Source: Azolla caroliniana (Eukaryota; Plantae; Polypodiophyta). From it: a stretch of 64,000 nt of DNA. The notes beneath the pieces are model-generated. The model ran no database searches, was not told the origin of the DNA, and saw only the letters and a list, made by a program, of their open reading frames with translations. The stretch is taken from the NCBI GenBank assembly GCA_043228905.1, contig JBHGNT010000010.1, forward strand, positions 124,001 through 188,000, in the 5' to 3' direction. Positions 28,322 to 42,120 of this stretch are shown here, piece after piece. Each line of letters begins with the position of its first letter. Positions within the stretch are counted from its first letter, which is position 1. The position numbers and the translations under genes were made by a program.

Positions 28322-31039
28322 GGCTCCTCTCAACTCCATCCTCAAATTTGGTAATTTCTTCATGTCTCTCGACCTGAGTTTCAAAATCTTCATTTTTTAA
28401 TTCCATATCATAGGTAGCGTTGTTAGCTTCGAATCGCAAGTTTGAACACAGAAATTCGGAAGCACACGAGCCAGGTATGAACATTTTAATTTATTCACGC
28501 GCTCTTCTCAAATTTGGTAATTTCTTCATGTCTCTCGACCTGAGTTTCAAAATCCGAATTTTTTAATTCTATATCATAGCTAGCATTGTTAGCTTCGATT
28601 CCCATCTTTGAACACAAAAATCCGGGATCAAACGAGCCAGGTATGAACATTTTAATTTACTCACGCGCTCTTCTCAACTCCCTCCTCAAATTTGGTAATT
28701 TCTTCATGTCTCTCGACCTTAGTTTCAAAATCTTGATTTTTTACTTCCCTATCATAGCTAGTGTTGTTAGCTTCGATTCCCATGTTTAAACACTAAAATC
28801 CGGGATCACACGAGGCAGGTATGAACATTTTAATTTACTCACGGGCTCCTCTCAACTCCCTCCTCAAATTTGGTAATTTCTTCATGTCTCTCGACCTGAG
28901 TTTCAAAATCTTGATTTTTTAATTCTATATCATAGGTAGCGTTGTTAGCTTCAAATCACATCTTTGAACACAAAAATCCGGGATCACACGAGCCAGGTAT
29001 GAACATTTTAATTTACTCACGCGCTTTTCTCAACTCCCTCCTCAAATTTGGTAATTTCTTCATGTCTCTCGACCTGAGTTTCAAAATCTTGATTTTTTAA
29101 TTCCATATCTTAGGTAGCGTTGTTAGCTTCGATTCGCATGTTTGAACACAAAAATCCGGTATCACACGAGCCAGGTATGAACATTTTAATTTACTCACGG
29201 GCTCCTCTCAACTCCCTCCTCAAATTTGGTAATTTCTTCATGTCTCTCGACCTGAGTTTCAAAATCTTGATTTTTTAATTCCATATCATAGGTAGCGTTG
29301 TTAGCTTCGAATCGCATGTTTGACACAAAAATCCGATATCACATGGGCCAGGTATGAACATTTTAATTTACTCACGGGCTCTTCTCGACTCCCTCTTCTA
29401 ACTTGCCAATTTCTTCATGTCTCTCGACCTGAGTTTCAAAATCTTCATTTTTTAATTCCATATCATAGGTAGCGTTGTTAGCTTCGAATCGCAAGTTTGA
29501 ACACAGAAATTCGGAAGCACACAAGCCAGGTATGAACATTTTAATTTATTCACGCGCTCTTCTCAACTCCCTCCTCAAATTTGGTAATTTCTTCATGTCT
29601 CTCGACCTGAGTTTCAAAATCCGAATTTTTTAATTCCATATCATAGGTAGCGTTGTTAGCTTCGAGTCGCATGTTTGAACAAAGAAATCCGGGATCACAC
29701 GAGGCAGGTATGAACATTTTAATTTACTCACGGGCTCCTCTCAACTCCCTCCTCAAATTTGGTAATTTCTTCATGTCTCTCGACCTGAGTTTCAAAATCT
29801 TGATTTTTTAATTCTATATCATAGGTAGCGTTGTTAGCTTTGAATCGCATGTTTGAACACAAAAATCCGGGATCACACGAGCCAGGTATGAACATTTTAA
29901 TTTACTCACGGGCTCCTCTCAACTCCCTCCTCAAATTTGGTAATTTCTTCATGTCTCTCGACCTGAGTTTCAAAATCTTGAATTTTTAATTGTATATCAT
30001 AGGTAGCGTTGTTAGCTTCGAATCGCATGTTTGAACACAAAAATCCGATATCACATGCGCTAGGTATGAACATTTTAATTTACTCACGGGCTCTTCTCAA
30101 CTACCTCTTCTAACTTGCCAATTTCTTCATGTCTCGCGACCTGCGTTTCAAAATCTTAATTTTTTAATTCCATATCATAGGTAGCGTTGTTAGCTTCGAA
30201 TCGCATGTTTGACCACAAAAATCCGGGATCACACGAGCAAGGTATGAACATTTTAATTTACTCACGGGCTCTTCTCAACTCCCTCCTCAAATTTGGTAAT
30301 TTCTTCATGTCTCTCGACCTGAGTTTCAAAATCTTGAATTTTTAATTCCATATCATAGGTAGCGTTGTTAGCTTCGAATCGCAAGTTTGAACACAGAATT
30401 TCGGGATCACACGAGCCAGGTATGAACATTTTAATTTAGACACGGGCTCCTCTCAACTCCCTCCTCAAATTTGGTAATTTCTTCATGTCTCTCGACCTGA
30501 GTTTCAAAATTTTGATTTTTTAATTCTATATCATAGGTAGCGTTGTTAGCTTCGAATCACATCTTTGAACACAAAAATCCGGGATCACACGAGCCAGGTA
30601 TGAACATTTTAATTTACTCACGCGCTCTTCTCAACTCCCTCCTCAAATTTGGTAATTTCTTCATGTCTCTCGACCTGACTTTCAAAATCTTGATTTTTTA
30701 ATTCCATATCTTAGGTAGCGTTGTTAGCTTCGATTCGCATGTTTGAACACAAAAATCCGGTATCACACGAGCCAGGTATGAACATTTTAATTTACTCACG
30801 GGCTCCTCTCAACTCCCTCCTCAAATTTGGTAATTTCTTCATGTCTCTCGACCTGAGTTTCAAAATCTTGAATTTTTAATTGTATATCATAGGTAGCGTT
30901 GTTGGCTTCGAATCGCAAGTTTGAACACAGAATTTCGGGATCACACGAGCCAGGTATGAACATTTTAATTTATTCACGCGCTCTTCTCAACTCCCTCCTC
31001 AAATTTGGTAATTTCTTCATGTCTCTTGACCTGAGTTTC

Positions 31040-33620
31040 AAAATCTTGATTTTTTAATTCTATATCATAGCTAGTGTTGTTAGCTTCGATTCGCATCTTT
31101 GAACACAAAAATCTGGTATCACACGAGCCAGGTATGTAAATTTTAAATTAGTCACGGGCTCTTCTCAACTCCCTCCTCAAATTTGGTAATTTCTTCATGT
31201 CTCGCGCCCTGAGTTTCAAAATCTTGATTTTTTAATTCCATATCTTAGGTAGCGTTGTTAGCTTCAAATCGCAAGTTTGAACACAAAAATCCGAGATCAC
31301 ACGAGCCAGGTATGAACATTTTAATTTACTCTCCGGCTCTTCTCAACTCCCTCTTCTAACTTGCCAATTTCTTCATGTCTCTCGACCTGAGTTTCAAAAT
31401 CTTGATTTTTTAATTCCATATCTTAGGTAGCGTTGTTAGCTTCGATTCGCATGTTTGAACACAAAAATCCGGTATCACACGAGCCAGGTATGAACATTTT
31501 AATTTACTCACGGGCTCCTCTCAACTCCCTCCTCAAATTTGGTAATTTCTTCATGTCTCTCGACCTGAGTTTCAAAATCTTGATTTTTTAATTCCATATC
31601 ATAGGTAGCGTTGTTAGCTTCGAATCGCAAGTTTGAACACAGAAATTCGGAAGCACACGAGCCAGGTATGAACATTTTAATTTATTCACGCGCTCTTCTC
31701 AACTCCCTCCTCAAATTTGGTAATTTCTTCATGTCTCTCGACCTGAGTTTCAAAATCTTGATTTTTTAATTCCATATCATAGCTAGCATTGTTAGCTTCG
31801 ATTCGCATCTTTGAACACAAAAAACCGGGGTCACACGAGCCAGGTATGAACATTTTAATTTACTCACGCGCTCTTCTCAACTCCCTCTTCAAATTTGGTA
31901 ATTTCTTCATGTCTCTCGACCTGAGTTTCAAACTCTTGATTTTTTAATTCTATATCATAGGTAGCGTTGTTAGCTTCGAATCGCATGTTTGAACACAAAA
32001 ATCCGGGATCACACGAGCCAGGTATGAACATTTTAATTTACTCACGGGCTCCTCTCAACTCCCTCCTCAAATTTGGTATTTTCTTCATGTCTCTCGACCT
32101 GAGTTTCAATATCCTGATTTTTTAATTCCATATTCTAGGTAGCGTTGTTAGCTTCGAATCGCAAGTTTGAACACAAAAATCCGAGATCACACGAGCCAGG
32201 TATGAAAATTTTAAATTAGTCACGGGCTCTTCTCAACTCCTTCTTCTAACTTGCCAATTTCTTCATGTCTCTCGACCTGAGTTTCAAAATCTTGATTTTT
32301 TAATTCCATATCATAGGTAACGTTGTTAGCTTCGAATCGCATGTTTGAACACAAAAATCCGATATCACATGCGCTAGGTATGAACATTTTAATTTACTCA
32401 CGGGCTCTTCTCAACTCCCTCTTCTAACTTGCCAATTTCTTCATGTCTCGCGACCTGCGTTTCAAAATCTTGATTTTTTAATTCCATATCATAGGTAGCG
32501 TTGTTTGCTTCGAATCGCATGTTTGACCACAAAAATCCGGGATCACACGAGCCAGGTATGAACATTTTAATTTACTCACGGGCTCTTCTCAACTCCCTCC
32601 TCAAATTTGGTAATTTCTTCATGTCTCTGGACCTGAGTTTCAAAATCTTGATTTTTTAATTCTATATCATAGCTAGTGTTGTTAGCTTCGATTCGCATCT
32701 TTGAACACAAAAATCTGGTATCACACGAGCCAGGTATGAAAATTTTAAATTAGTCACGGGCTCTTCTCAACTCCCTCCTCAAATTTGGTAATTTCTTCAT
32801 GTCTCGCGCCCTGAGTTTCAAAATCTTGATTTTTTAATTCTATATCTTAGGTAGCGTTGTTAGCTTCGAATCGCAAGTTTGAACACAAAAATCCGAGATC
32901 ACACGAGCCAGGTATGAACATTTTAATTTACTCTCCGGCTCTTCTCAACTCCCTCTTCTAACTTGCCAATTTCTTCATGTCTCTCGACCTAAGTTTCAAA
33001 ATCTTGATTTTTTAATTCCATATCATAGGTAGCGTTGTTAGCTTCGATTCGCATGTTTGAACACAGAAATCCGGGATCACACGAGCCAGGTATGAACATT
33101 TTAATTTACTCACGGGCTCCTCTCAACTCCCTCCTCAAATTTGGTAATTTCTTCATGTCTCTCGACCTGAGTTTCAAAATCTTCATTTTTTAATTCCATA
33201 TCATAGGTAGCGTTGTTAGCTTCGAATCGCAAGTTTGAACACAGAAATTCGGAAGCACACGAGCCAGGTATGAACATTTTAATTTATTCACGCGCTCTTC
33301 TCAACTCCCTCCTCAAATTTGGTAATTTCTTCATGTCTCTCGACCTGAGTTTCAAAATCTTGATTTTTTAATTCCATATCATAGCTAGCATTGTTAGCTT
33401 CGATTCGCATCTTTGAACACAAAAAACCGGGGTCACACGAGCGAGGTATGAACATTTTAATTTACTCACGCGCTCTTCTCAACTCCCTCTTCAAATTTGG
33501 TAATTTCTTCATGTCTCTCGACCTGAGTTTCAAACTCTTGATTTTTTAATTCTATATCATAGGTAGCGTTGTTAGCTTCGAATCGCATGTTTGAACACAA
33601 AAATCCGGGATCACACGAGC
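31040..33620. repeat. Partial duplication with 9-monomer period (1602 bp)
   Basis: CCGGGGTCAC is at 31825/33427 and AACTCTTGA at 31931/33533. TCTGGTATC, CTCGCGCCC and TTCGGAAGCAC recur at the same offset. Confidence 0.82.
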
Positions 33621-36600
33621 TAGGTATGAACATTTTAATTTATTCACGCGCTCTTCTCAACTCCCTCCTCAAATTTGGTAATTTCTTCATGTCTCTCGAC
33701 CTGAGTTTCAAAATCTTGATTTTTTAATTCCATATCATAGGTAGCGTTGTTAGCTTCGAGTCGCATGTTTGAACACAAAAATCCGGGATCACACGAGCCA
33801 GATATGAACATTTTAATTTATTCACGCGCTCTTCTCAACCTCCTCCTCAAATTTGGTAATTTCTTCATGTCTCTCGACCTGAGTTTCAAAATCTTCATTT
33901 TTTAATTCCATATCATAGGTAGCGTTGTTAGCTTCGAATCGCATGTTTGAACACAAAAATCCGGGATCACACGAGGCAGGTATGAACATTTTAATTTACT
34001 CACGGGCTCCTCTCAACTCCCTCCTCGAATTTGGTAATTTCTTCATGTCTCTCGACCTGAGTTTCAAAATCTTGATTTTTTAATTCTATAACATAGGTAG
34101 CGTTGTTAGCTTCGAATCGCATGTTTGAACACAAAAATCCGGGATCACACGAGCCAGGTATGAACATTTTAATTTACTCACGGGCTCCTCTCAACTCCCT
34201 CCTCAAATTTGGTAATTTCTTCATGTCTCTCGACCTGAGTTTCAAAATTTTGAATTTTTAATTCTATATCATAGGGAGTGTTGTTAGCTTCGAATCACAT
34301 GTTTGAACACAAAAATCCGATATCACATTGGCCAAGTATGAACATTATAATTTACTCACGGGATCTTCTCAACTCCCTCCTCAAATTTGGTAATTTCTTC
34401 ATGTCTCTCGACCTGAGTTTCAAAATCTTGATTTTTTAATTCTATAACATAGGTAGCGTTGTTAGCTTCGAATCGCATGTTTGAACACAGAAATCCGGGA
34501 TCACACGAGCCAGGTATGAACATTTTAATTTACTCACGGGCTCCTCTCAACTCCCTCCTCAAATTTGGTAATTTCTTCATGTCTCTCGACCTGAGTTTCA
34601 AAATCTTGATTTTTTAATTCTATATCATAGGTAGCGTTGTTAGCTTCGAATCGCATGTTTGAACACAAAAATCCGGGATCACACGAGGCAGGTATGAACA
34701 TTTTATATTACTCACGGGCTCTTCTCAACTCCTTGCTCAAATTTGGTAATTTCTTCATGTCTCTCGACCTGAGTTTTAAAATCTTGATTTTTTAATTCCA
34801 TATCTTAGGTAGCGTTGTTAGCTTCGATTCGCATGTTTGAACACAAAAATCCGGGATGACACGAGCCAGGTATGAACATTTTAATTTACTCACGGGCTCC
34901 TCTCAACTCCCTCCTCAAATTTGGTAATTTCTTCATGTCTCTCGACCTGAGTTTCAAAATCTTGATTTTTTAATTCCATATCTTAGGTAGCATTGTTAGC
35001 TTCGAATCGCATGTTTGGACACAAAAATCCGGGATCACACGAGCCAGGTATGAACATTTTAATTTACTCACGGGCTCCTCTCAACTCCCTCTTCTAACTC
35101 GCTAATTTGTTTATGTCTCTCGACCTGAGTTTCAAAATCTTGATTTATTAATTCCATATCATAGGTAGCGTTGTTAGCTTCGAATCACATGTTTGAACAC
35201 AAAAATCCGATATCACATGGGCCAGGTATGAACATTTTAATTTACTCACGGGCTCTTCTCAACTCCCTCCTCAAATTTGGTACTTTCTTCATGTCTCTCG
35301 ACCTGAGTTTCAAAATCTTGATTTTTTAATTCTATATCATAGGTAGCGTTGTTTGCTTCGAATCGCATGTTTGAACACAAAAATCCGGGATCACACGAGG
35401 CAGGTATGAACATTTTAATTTACTCACGGGCTCCTCTCAACTCCCTCCTCAAATTTGGTAATTTCTTCATGTCTCGCGACCTGCGTTTCAAAATCTTGAT
35501 TTTTTAATTCCATATCATAGGTAGCGTTGTTAGCTTCGAATCGCATGTTTGAACACAAAAATCCGGGATCACACGAGCCAGGTATGAACATTTTAATTTA
35601 CTCACGGGCTCCTCTCAACTCCCTCCTCAAATTTGGTAATTTCTTCATGTCTCTCGACCTGAGTTTCAAAATCTTGAATTTTTAATTGTATATCATAGGT
35701 AGCGTTGTTAGCTTCGAATCGCATGTTTGAACACAAAAATCCGATATCACATGCGCTAGGTATGAACATTTTAATTTACTCACGGGCTCTTCTCAACTAC
35801 CTCTTCTAACTTGCCAATTTCTTCATGTCTCGCGACCTGCGTTTCAAAATCTTGATTTTTTAATTCCATATCATAGGTAGCGTTGTTAGCTTCGAATCGC
35901 ATGTTTGACCACAAAAATCCGGGATCACACGAGCAAGGTATGAACATTTTAATTTACTCACGGGCTCTTCTCAACTCCCTCCTCAAATTTGGTAATTTCT
36001 TCATGTCTCTCGACCTGAGATTCAAAATCTTGAATTTTTAATTCCATATCATAGGTAGCGTTGTTAGCTTCGAATCGCAAGTTTGAACACAGAATTGCGG
36101 GATGACACCAGACAGGTATGAACATTTTAATTTACTCACGGGCTCCTCTCAACTCCCTCCTCAAATTTGGTAATTTCTTCATGTCTCTCGACCTGAGTTT
36201 CAAAATCTTGATTTTTTAATTCTATATCATAGGTAGCGTTGTTAGCTTCGAATCACATCTTTGAACACAAAAATCCGGGATCACACGAGCCAGGTATGAA
36301 CATTTTAATTTACTCATGCGCTCTTCTCAACTCCCTCCTAAAATGTGGTAATTTCTTCATGTCTCTCGACCTGAGTTTCAAAATCTTGATTTTTTAATTC
36401 CATATCATAGGTAGCGTTGTTAGCTTCGTATCACATGTTTGAACACAAAAATCCGATATCACATGGGCCAGGTATGAACATTTTAATTTACTCACGGGCT
36501 CTTCTCAACTCCCTCTTCTAACTTGCCAATTTCTTCATGTCTCTCGACCTGAGTTTCAAAATCTTGATTTTTTAATTCCATATCATAGGTAGCGTTGTTA

Positions 36601-39600
36601 GCTTCGATTCGCCTGTTTGAACACAGAAATCCGGGATCACACAAGCCAGGTATAAACATTTTAATTTATTCACGCGCTCTTCTCAACTCCCTCCTCAAAT
36701 TTGGTAATTTCTTCATGTCTCTCGACCTGAGTTTCAAAATCTTGATTTTTTAATTCCATATCATAGCTAGCATTGTTAGCTTCGATTCGCATCTTTGAAC
36801 ACAAAAATCCGGGATCACACGAGCCAGGTATGAACATTTTAATTTACTCACAGGGTCCTCTCAACTCCCTCCGCAAATTTGGTAATTTCTTCATGTCTCT
36901 CGACCTGAGTTTCAAAATCTTGATTTTTTAATTCCATATTCTAGGTAGCGTTGTTAGCTTCGAATCGCAGGTTTGAACACAAAAATCCGAGATCACACGA
37001 GCCAGGTATGAACATTTTAATTTATTCACGCGCTCTTCTCAACTCCCTCCTCAAATTTGGTAATTTCTTCATGTCTCTCGACCTGAGTTTCAAAATCTTG
37101 ATTTTTTAATTCCATATCATAGGTAGCGTTGTTAGCTTCGAGTCGCATGTTTGAACACAAAAATCCGGGATCACACGAGCCAGATATGAACATTTTAATT
37201 TATTCACGCGCTCTTCTCAACCTCCTCCTCAAATTTGGTAATTTCTTCATGTCTCTCGACCTGAGTTTCAAAATCTTCATTTTTTAATTCCATATCATAG
37301 CTAGCGTTGTTAGCTTCGAATCGCATGTTTGAACACAAAAATCCGGGATCACACGAGGCAGGTATGAACATTTTAATTTACTCACGGGCTCCTCTCAACT
37401 CCCTCCTCAAATTTGGTAATTTCTTCATGTCTCTCGACCTGAGTTTCAAAATCTTGATTTTTTAATTCTATATCATAGGTAGCGTTGTTAGCTTTGAATC
37501 GCATGTTTGAACACAAAAATCCGGGATCACACGAGCCAGGTATGAACATTTTAATTTACTCACGGGCTCCTCTCAACTCCCTCCTCAAATTTGGTAATTT
37601 CTTCATGTCTCTCGACCTGAGTTTCAAAATCTTGAATTTTTAATTGTATATCATAGGTAGCGTTGTTAGCTTCGAATCGCATGTTTGAACACAAAAATCC
37701 GATATCACATGCGCTAGGTATGAACATTTTAATTTACTCACGGGCTCTTCTCAACTACCTCTTCTAACTTGCCAATTTCTTCATGTCTCGCGACCTGCGT
37801 TTCAAAATCTTGATTTTTTAATTCCATATCATAGGTAGCGTTGTTAGCTTCGAATCGCATGTTTGACCACAAAAATCCGGGATCACACGAGCAAGGTATG
37901 AACATTTTAATTTACTCACGGGCTCTTCTCAACTCCCTCCTCAAATTTGGTAATTTCTTCATGTCTCTCGACCTGAGTTTCAAAATCTTGAATTTTTAAT
38001 TCCATATCATAGGTAGCGTTGTTAGCTTCGAATCGCAAGTTTGAACACAGAATTTCGGGATCACACGAGCCAGGTATGAACATTTTAATTTACTCACGGG
38101 CTCCTCTCAACTCCCTCCTCAAATTTGGTAATTTCTTCATGTCTCTCGACCTGAGTTTCAAAATCTTGATTTTTTAATTCTATATCATAGGTAGCGTTGT
38201 TAGCTTTGAATCGCATGTTTGAACACAAAAATCCGGGATCACACGAGCCAGGTATGAACATTTTAATTTACTCACGGGCTCCTCTCAACTCCCTCCTCAA
38301 ATTTGGTAATTTCTTCATGTCTCTCGACCTGAGTTTCAAAATCTTGATTTTTTAATTCCATATCATAGGTAGCGTTGTTAGCTTCGTATCACATGTTTGA
38401 ACACAAAAATCCGATATCACATGGGCCAGGTATGAACATTTTAATTTACTCACGGGCTCTTCTCAACTCCCTCTTCTAACTTGCCAATTTCTTCATGTCT
38501 CTCGACCTGAGTTTCAAAATCTTGATTGTTTAATTCCATATCATAGGTAGCGTTGTTAGCTTCGATTCGCATGTTTGAACACAGAAATCCGGGATCACAC
38601 GAGCCAGGTATGAACATTTTAATTTACTCACGGGCTCCTCTCAACTCCCTCCTCAAATTTGGTAATTTCTTCATGTCTCTCGACCTGAGTTTCAAAATCT
38701 TCATTTTTTAATTCCATATCATAGGTAGCGTTGTTAGTTTCTAATCGCAAGTTTGAAGACAGAAATTCGGGATCACACGAGCCAGGTAAGAACATTTTAA
38801 TTTATTCACGCGCTCTTCTCAACTCCCTCCTCAAATTTGGTAATTTCTTCATGTCTCTCGACCTGAGTTTCAAAATCTTGATTTTTTAATTCCATATCAT
38901 AGGTAGCGTTGTTAGCTTCGAATCGCATGTTTGAACACAAAAATCCGGAATCACACGAGCCAGGTATGAACATTTTAATTTACTCACGGGCTCCTCTCAA
39001 CTCCCTCCTCAAATTTGGTAATTTCTTCATGTCTCTCGACCTGAGTTTCAAAATCTTGAATTTTTAATTCTATATCATAGGTAGCGTTGTTAGCTTCGAA
39101 TCACATGTTTGAACACAAAAATCCGATATCACATTGGCCAAGTATGAACATTATAATTTACTCACGGGCTCCTCTCAACTCCCTCCTCAAATTTGGTAAT
39201 TTCTTCATGTCTCTCGACCTGAGTTTCAAAATCTTGAATTTTTAATTCTATATCATAGGTAGCGTTGTTAGCTTCGAATCACATGTTTGAACACAAAAAT
39301 CCGATATCACATTGGCCAAGTATGAACATTATAATTTACTCACGGGATCTTCTCAACTCCCTCCTCAAATTTGGTAATTTCTTCATGTCTCTCGACCTGA
39401 GTTTCAAAATCTTGATTTTTTAATTCTATATCATAGGTAGCGTTGTTAGCTTCGAATCGCAAGTTTGAACACAAAAATCCGGGATCACACGAGCCAGGTA
39501 TGAATATTTTAATTTACTCACGGGCTCCTCTCAACTCCCTCCTCAAATTTGGTAATTTCTTCATGTCTCGCGACCTGCGTTTCAAAATCTTGATTTTTTA

Positions 39601-40319
39601 ATTCCATATCATAGGTAGCGTTGTTAGCTTCGAATCGCAAGTTTGAACCCAAAAATCCGAGATCACACGAGCCAGGTATGAACATTTTAAATTAGTCACG
39701 GGCTCTTCTCAACTCCTTGCTCAAATTTGGTAATTTCTTCATGTCTCGCGACCTGCGTTTCAAAATCTTGATTTTTTAATTCCATATCATAGGTAGCGTT
39801 GTTAGCTTCGAATCGCATGTTTGAACACAAAAATCCGGGATCACACGAGCCAGGTATGAACATTTTAATTTACTCACGGGCTCCTCTCAACTCCCTCCTC
39901 AAATTTGGTAATTTCTTCATGTCTCTCGACCTGAGTTTCAAAATCTTGAATTTTTAATTCCATATCATAGGTAGCGTTGTTAGCTTCGAATCGCAAGTTT
40001 GAACACAGAATTTCGGGATCACACGAGCCAGGTATGAACATTTTAATTTACTCACGGGCTCCTCTCAACTCTCTCCTCAAATTTGGTAATTTCTTCATGT
40101 CTCTCGACCTGAGTTTCAAAATCTTGATTTTTTAATTCTATATCATAGGTAGCGTTGTTAGCTTCGAATCGCATGTTTGAACACAAAAATCCGGGATCAC
40201 ACGAGGCAGGTATGAACATTTTAATTTACTCACGGGCTCTTCTCAACTCCTTGCTCAAATTTGGTAATTTCTTCATGTCTCTCGACCTGAGTTTTAAAAT
40301 CTTGATTTTTTAATTCCAT

Positions 40320-42120
40320 ATCTTAGGTAGCGTTGTTAGCTTCGATTCGCATGTTTGAACACAAAAATCCGGGATCACACGAGCCAGATATGAACATTTT
40401 AATTTACTCATGCGCTCTTCTCAACTCCCTCCTAAAATGTGGTAATTTCTTCATGTCTCTCGACCTGAGTTTCAAAATCTTGATTTTTTAATTCCATATC
40501 ATAGGTAGCGTTGTTAGCTTCGTATCACATGTTTGAACACAAAAATCCGATATCACATGGGCCAGGTATGAACATTTTAATTTACTCACGGGCTCTTCTC
40601 AACTCCCTCTTCTAACTTGCCAATTTCTTCATGTCTCTCGACCTGAGTTTCAAAATCTTGATTTTTTAATTCCATATCATAGGTAGCGTTGTTAGCTTCG
40701 ATTCGCATGTTTGAACACAGAAATCCGGGATCACACGAGCCAGGTATAAACATTTTAATTTATTCACGCGCTCTTCTCAACTCCCTCCTCAAATTTGGTA
40801 ATTTCTTCATGTCTCTCGACCTGAGTTTCAAAATCTTGATTTTTTAATTCTATATCATAACTACCATTGTTAGCTTCGATTCGCATCTTTGAACACAAAA
40901 ATCCGGGATCACACGAGCCAGGTATGAACATTTTAATTTACTCACGCGCTCTTCTGAACTCCCTCCTCAAATTTGGTAATTTCTTCATGTCTCTCGACCT
41001 GAGTTTCAAAATCCTGATTTTTTAATTCCATATCTTAGGTAGCGTTGTTAGCTTCGATTCGCATGTTTGAACGCAGAAATCCGGGATCACACGAGCCAGG
41101 TATGAACATTTTAATTTACTCACGGGCTCCTCTCAACTCCCTCCTCAAATTTGGTATTTTCTTCATGACTCTCGACCTGAGTTTCAATATCCTGATTTTT
41201 TAATTCCATATTCTAGGTAGCGTTGTTAGCTTCGAATCGCAAGTTTGAACACAAAAATCCGAGATCACACGAGCCAGGTATGAACATTTTAAATTAGCCA
41301 CGGGCTCTTCTCAACTCCTTCTTCTAACTTGCCAATTTCTTCATGTCTCTCGACCTGAGTTTCAAAATCTTGATTTTTTAATTCCATATCTTAGGTAGCG
41401 TTGTTAGCTTCGATTCGCATGTTTGAACACAAAAATCCGGGATCACACGAGCCAGGTATGAACATTTTAATTTACTCATGCGCTCTTCTCAACTCCCTCC
41501 TAAAATGTGGTAATTTCTTCATGTCTCTCGACCTGAGTTTCAAAATCTTGATTTTTTAATTCCATATCATAGGTAGCGTTGTTAGCTTCGTATCACATGT
41601 TTGAACACAAAAATCCGATATCACATGGGCCAGGTATGAACATTTTAATTTACTCACGGGCTCTTCTCAACTCCCTCTTCTAACTTGCCAATTTCTTCAT
41701 GTCTCTCGACCTGAGTTTCAAAATCTTGATTTTTTAATTCCATATCATAGGTAGCGTTGATAGCTTCGATTCGCATGTTTGAACACAGAAATCCGGGATC
41801 ACACGAGCCAGGTATAAACATTTTAATTTATTCACGCGCTCTTCTCAACTCCCTCCTCAAATTTGGTAATTTCTTCATGTCTCTCGACCTGAGTTTCAAA
41901 ATCTTGATTTTTTAATTCTATATCATAACTACCATTGTTAGCTTCGATTCGCATCTTTGAACACAAAAATCCGGGATCACACGAGCCAGGTATGAACATT
42001 TTAATTTACTCACGCGCTCTTCTCAACTCCCTCCTCAAATTTGGTAATTTCTTCATGTCTCTCGACCTGAGTTTCAAAATCTTGATTTTTTAATTCCATA
42101 TCTTAGGTAGCGTTGTTAGC
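40320..42120. repeat. Partial duplication with 6-monomer period (1068 bp)
   Basis: CTACCATT is at 40861/41929. CATGCGCTC...CCTAAAATGTGG, CGTATCAC and GGTATAAAC recur at the same offset. Confidence 0.8.

Noticed and set aside
14377-28789. Three near-identical 67-aa ORFs (14377, 17389, 28586)
   Set aside because: Each starts at TTG and is open only because of a TAA-to-TAC variant in one monomer that was copied by block duplication. They are not a gene family.
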